IMG/VR virus record: IMGVR_UViG_3300009509_000010
Span: 14,782 to 78,781 of that record
DNA from: a virus
DNA: 64,000 nucleotides
Direction: 5' to 3' (one strand)
Shown: positions 63,759 through 64,000 of the stretch, piece by piece
How positions within the stretch are numbered: position 1 is the first letter of the stretch
Layout of the letters: each line of letters begins with the position of its first letter
Position numbers and translations under genes: made by a program
The notes under the pieces: generated by a model
Database searches by the model: none
Seen by the model: only the letters and a program-made list of their open reading frames with translations
Told to the model about the DNA's origin: nothing

Positions 63759-63957
63759 ACGGGTCGGGACCGCGGCGTGCGCTACCGAGCCGGGTGGTGG
63801 CAACGTTCCCCCCTATGGCCTCCGGGGATTTTGAGTCGTTGCACTCTACCCCGAGTCCTTGGGGGTCATAGGGACACAATAGGAGGTGGCGTGACCCAAT
63901 AGCATAAAGTCCCCCGAGAAAACGGGCCGGCCCAAAACTAGATTTGGGCCGGTCCCT
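63759..63957 (+). ncRNA. Candidate structured non-coding RNA or cis element
   Basis: 21-bp stem 63811-63831/63853-63873 with six G.U and no mismatch; 13-bp stem at 63924-63955. Confidence 0.4.
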
Positions 63958-64000
63958 GTAATAAGCTCCTTGTCAAGCCATTTCAAGCGGCGGGGGGCTC

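Larger units (their letters stand above)
1..64000 (+). mobile_element. Contractile-tailed dsDNA bacteriophage/prophage genome segment (ends not visible)
   Basis: Complete ordered packaging, head, neck, sheath/tube, tape measure, baseplate, fibre and lysis modules; tightly coupled + strand ORFs with ATGA/TAATG overlaps; no host genes. Confidence 0.97.

Noticed and set aside
1-64000. tRNA, CRISPR array, introns/inteins, stop-codon recoding
   Set aside because: None recognised; ORFs tile the window in the standard code using all three stop codons, and TerL and portal have normal lengths

Overview
The whole 64 kb window is one gene-dense, mostly + strand segment of a contractile-tailed dsDNA phage or prophage (Caudoviricetes, myovirus type). 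No host housekeeping genes, rRNA, tRNA, CRISPR array or att site were recognised. Gene order: RuvC-like resolvase and small genes (1-2.2 kb); terminase, portal, gp7-like head protein, split XkdF/HK97-type protease-scaffold and XkdG-like capsid (1.5-12 kb); about 10 kb of head fibre/decoration-like genes with a patatin phospholipase (12-21.8 kb); neck, sheath, tube, chaperone with a -1 slippery site, tape measure, baseplate and a 2274-aa repetitive tail fibre (21.8-48.8 kb); GT2-like enzyme, M15 endolysin and lysis membrane proteins (48.8-52.4 kb); a standalone MshEN-motif protein and a catalytic-domain-only tyrosine recombinase (52.4-53.4 kb); an accessory region with HU/IHF, DEDDh exonuclease, two orphan DNA methyltransferases, dTMP kinase, a possible Acb2/Tad1-like nucleotide sponge and a Fis-type HTH (53.5-63.7 kb); and a highly structured non-coding tail (63.7-64 kb). 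Three things stand out. (1) An apparent capsid cargo-addressing system: an 862-aa protease polyprotein carrying decayed ligase/LigD-like domains starts with a copy of the capsid N-terminal arm, and a distant gene ends in a copy of the scaffold C-terminal tag. (2) A phage-encoded standalone MshEN (c-di-GMP-receptor motif) protein sits in a two-gene unit with a possible promoter of its own. (3) Paired TGT-N10-ACA dyads bracket the accessory region, one overlapping the recombinase promoter. All family assignments are by-eye motif recognition; no searches were run.
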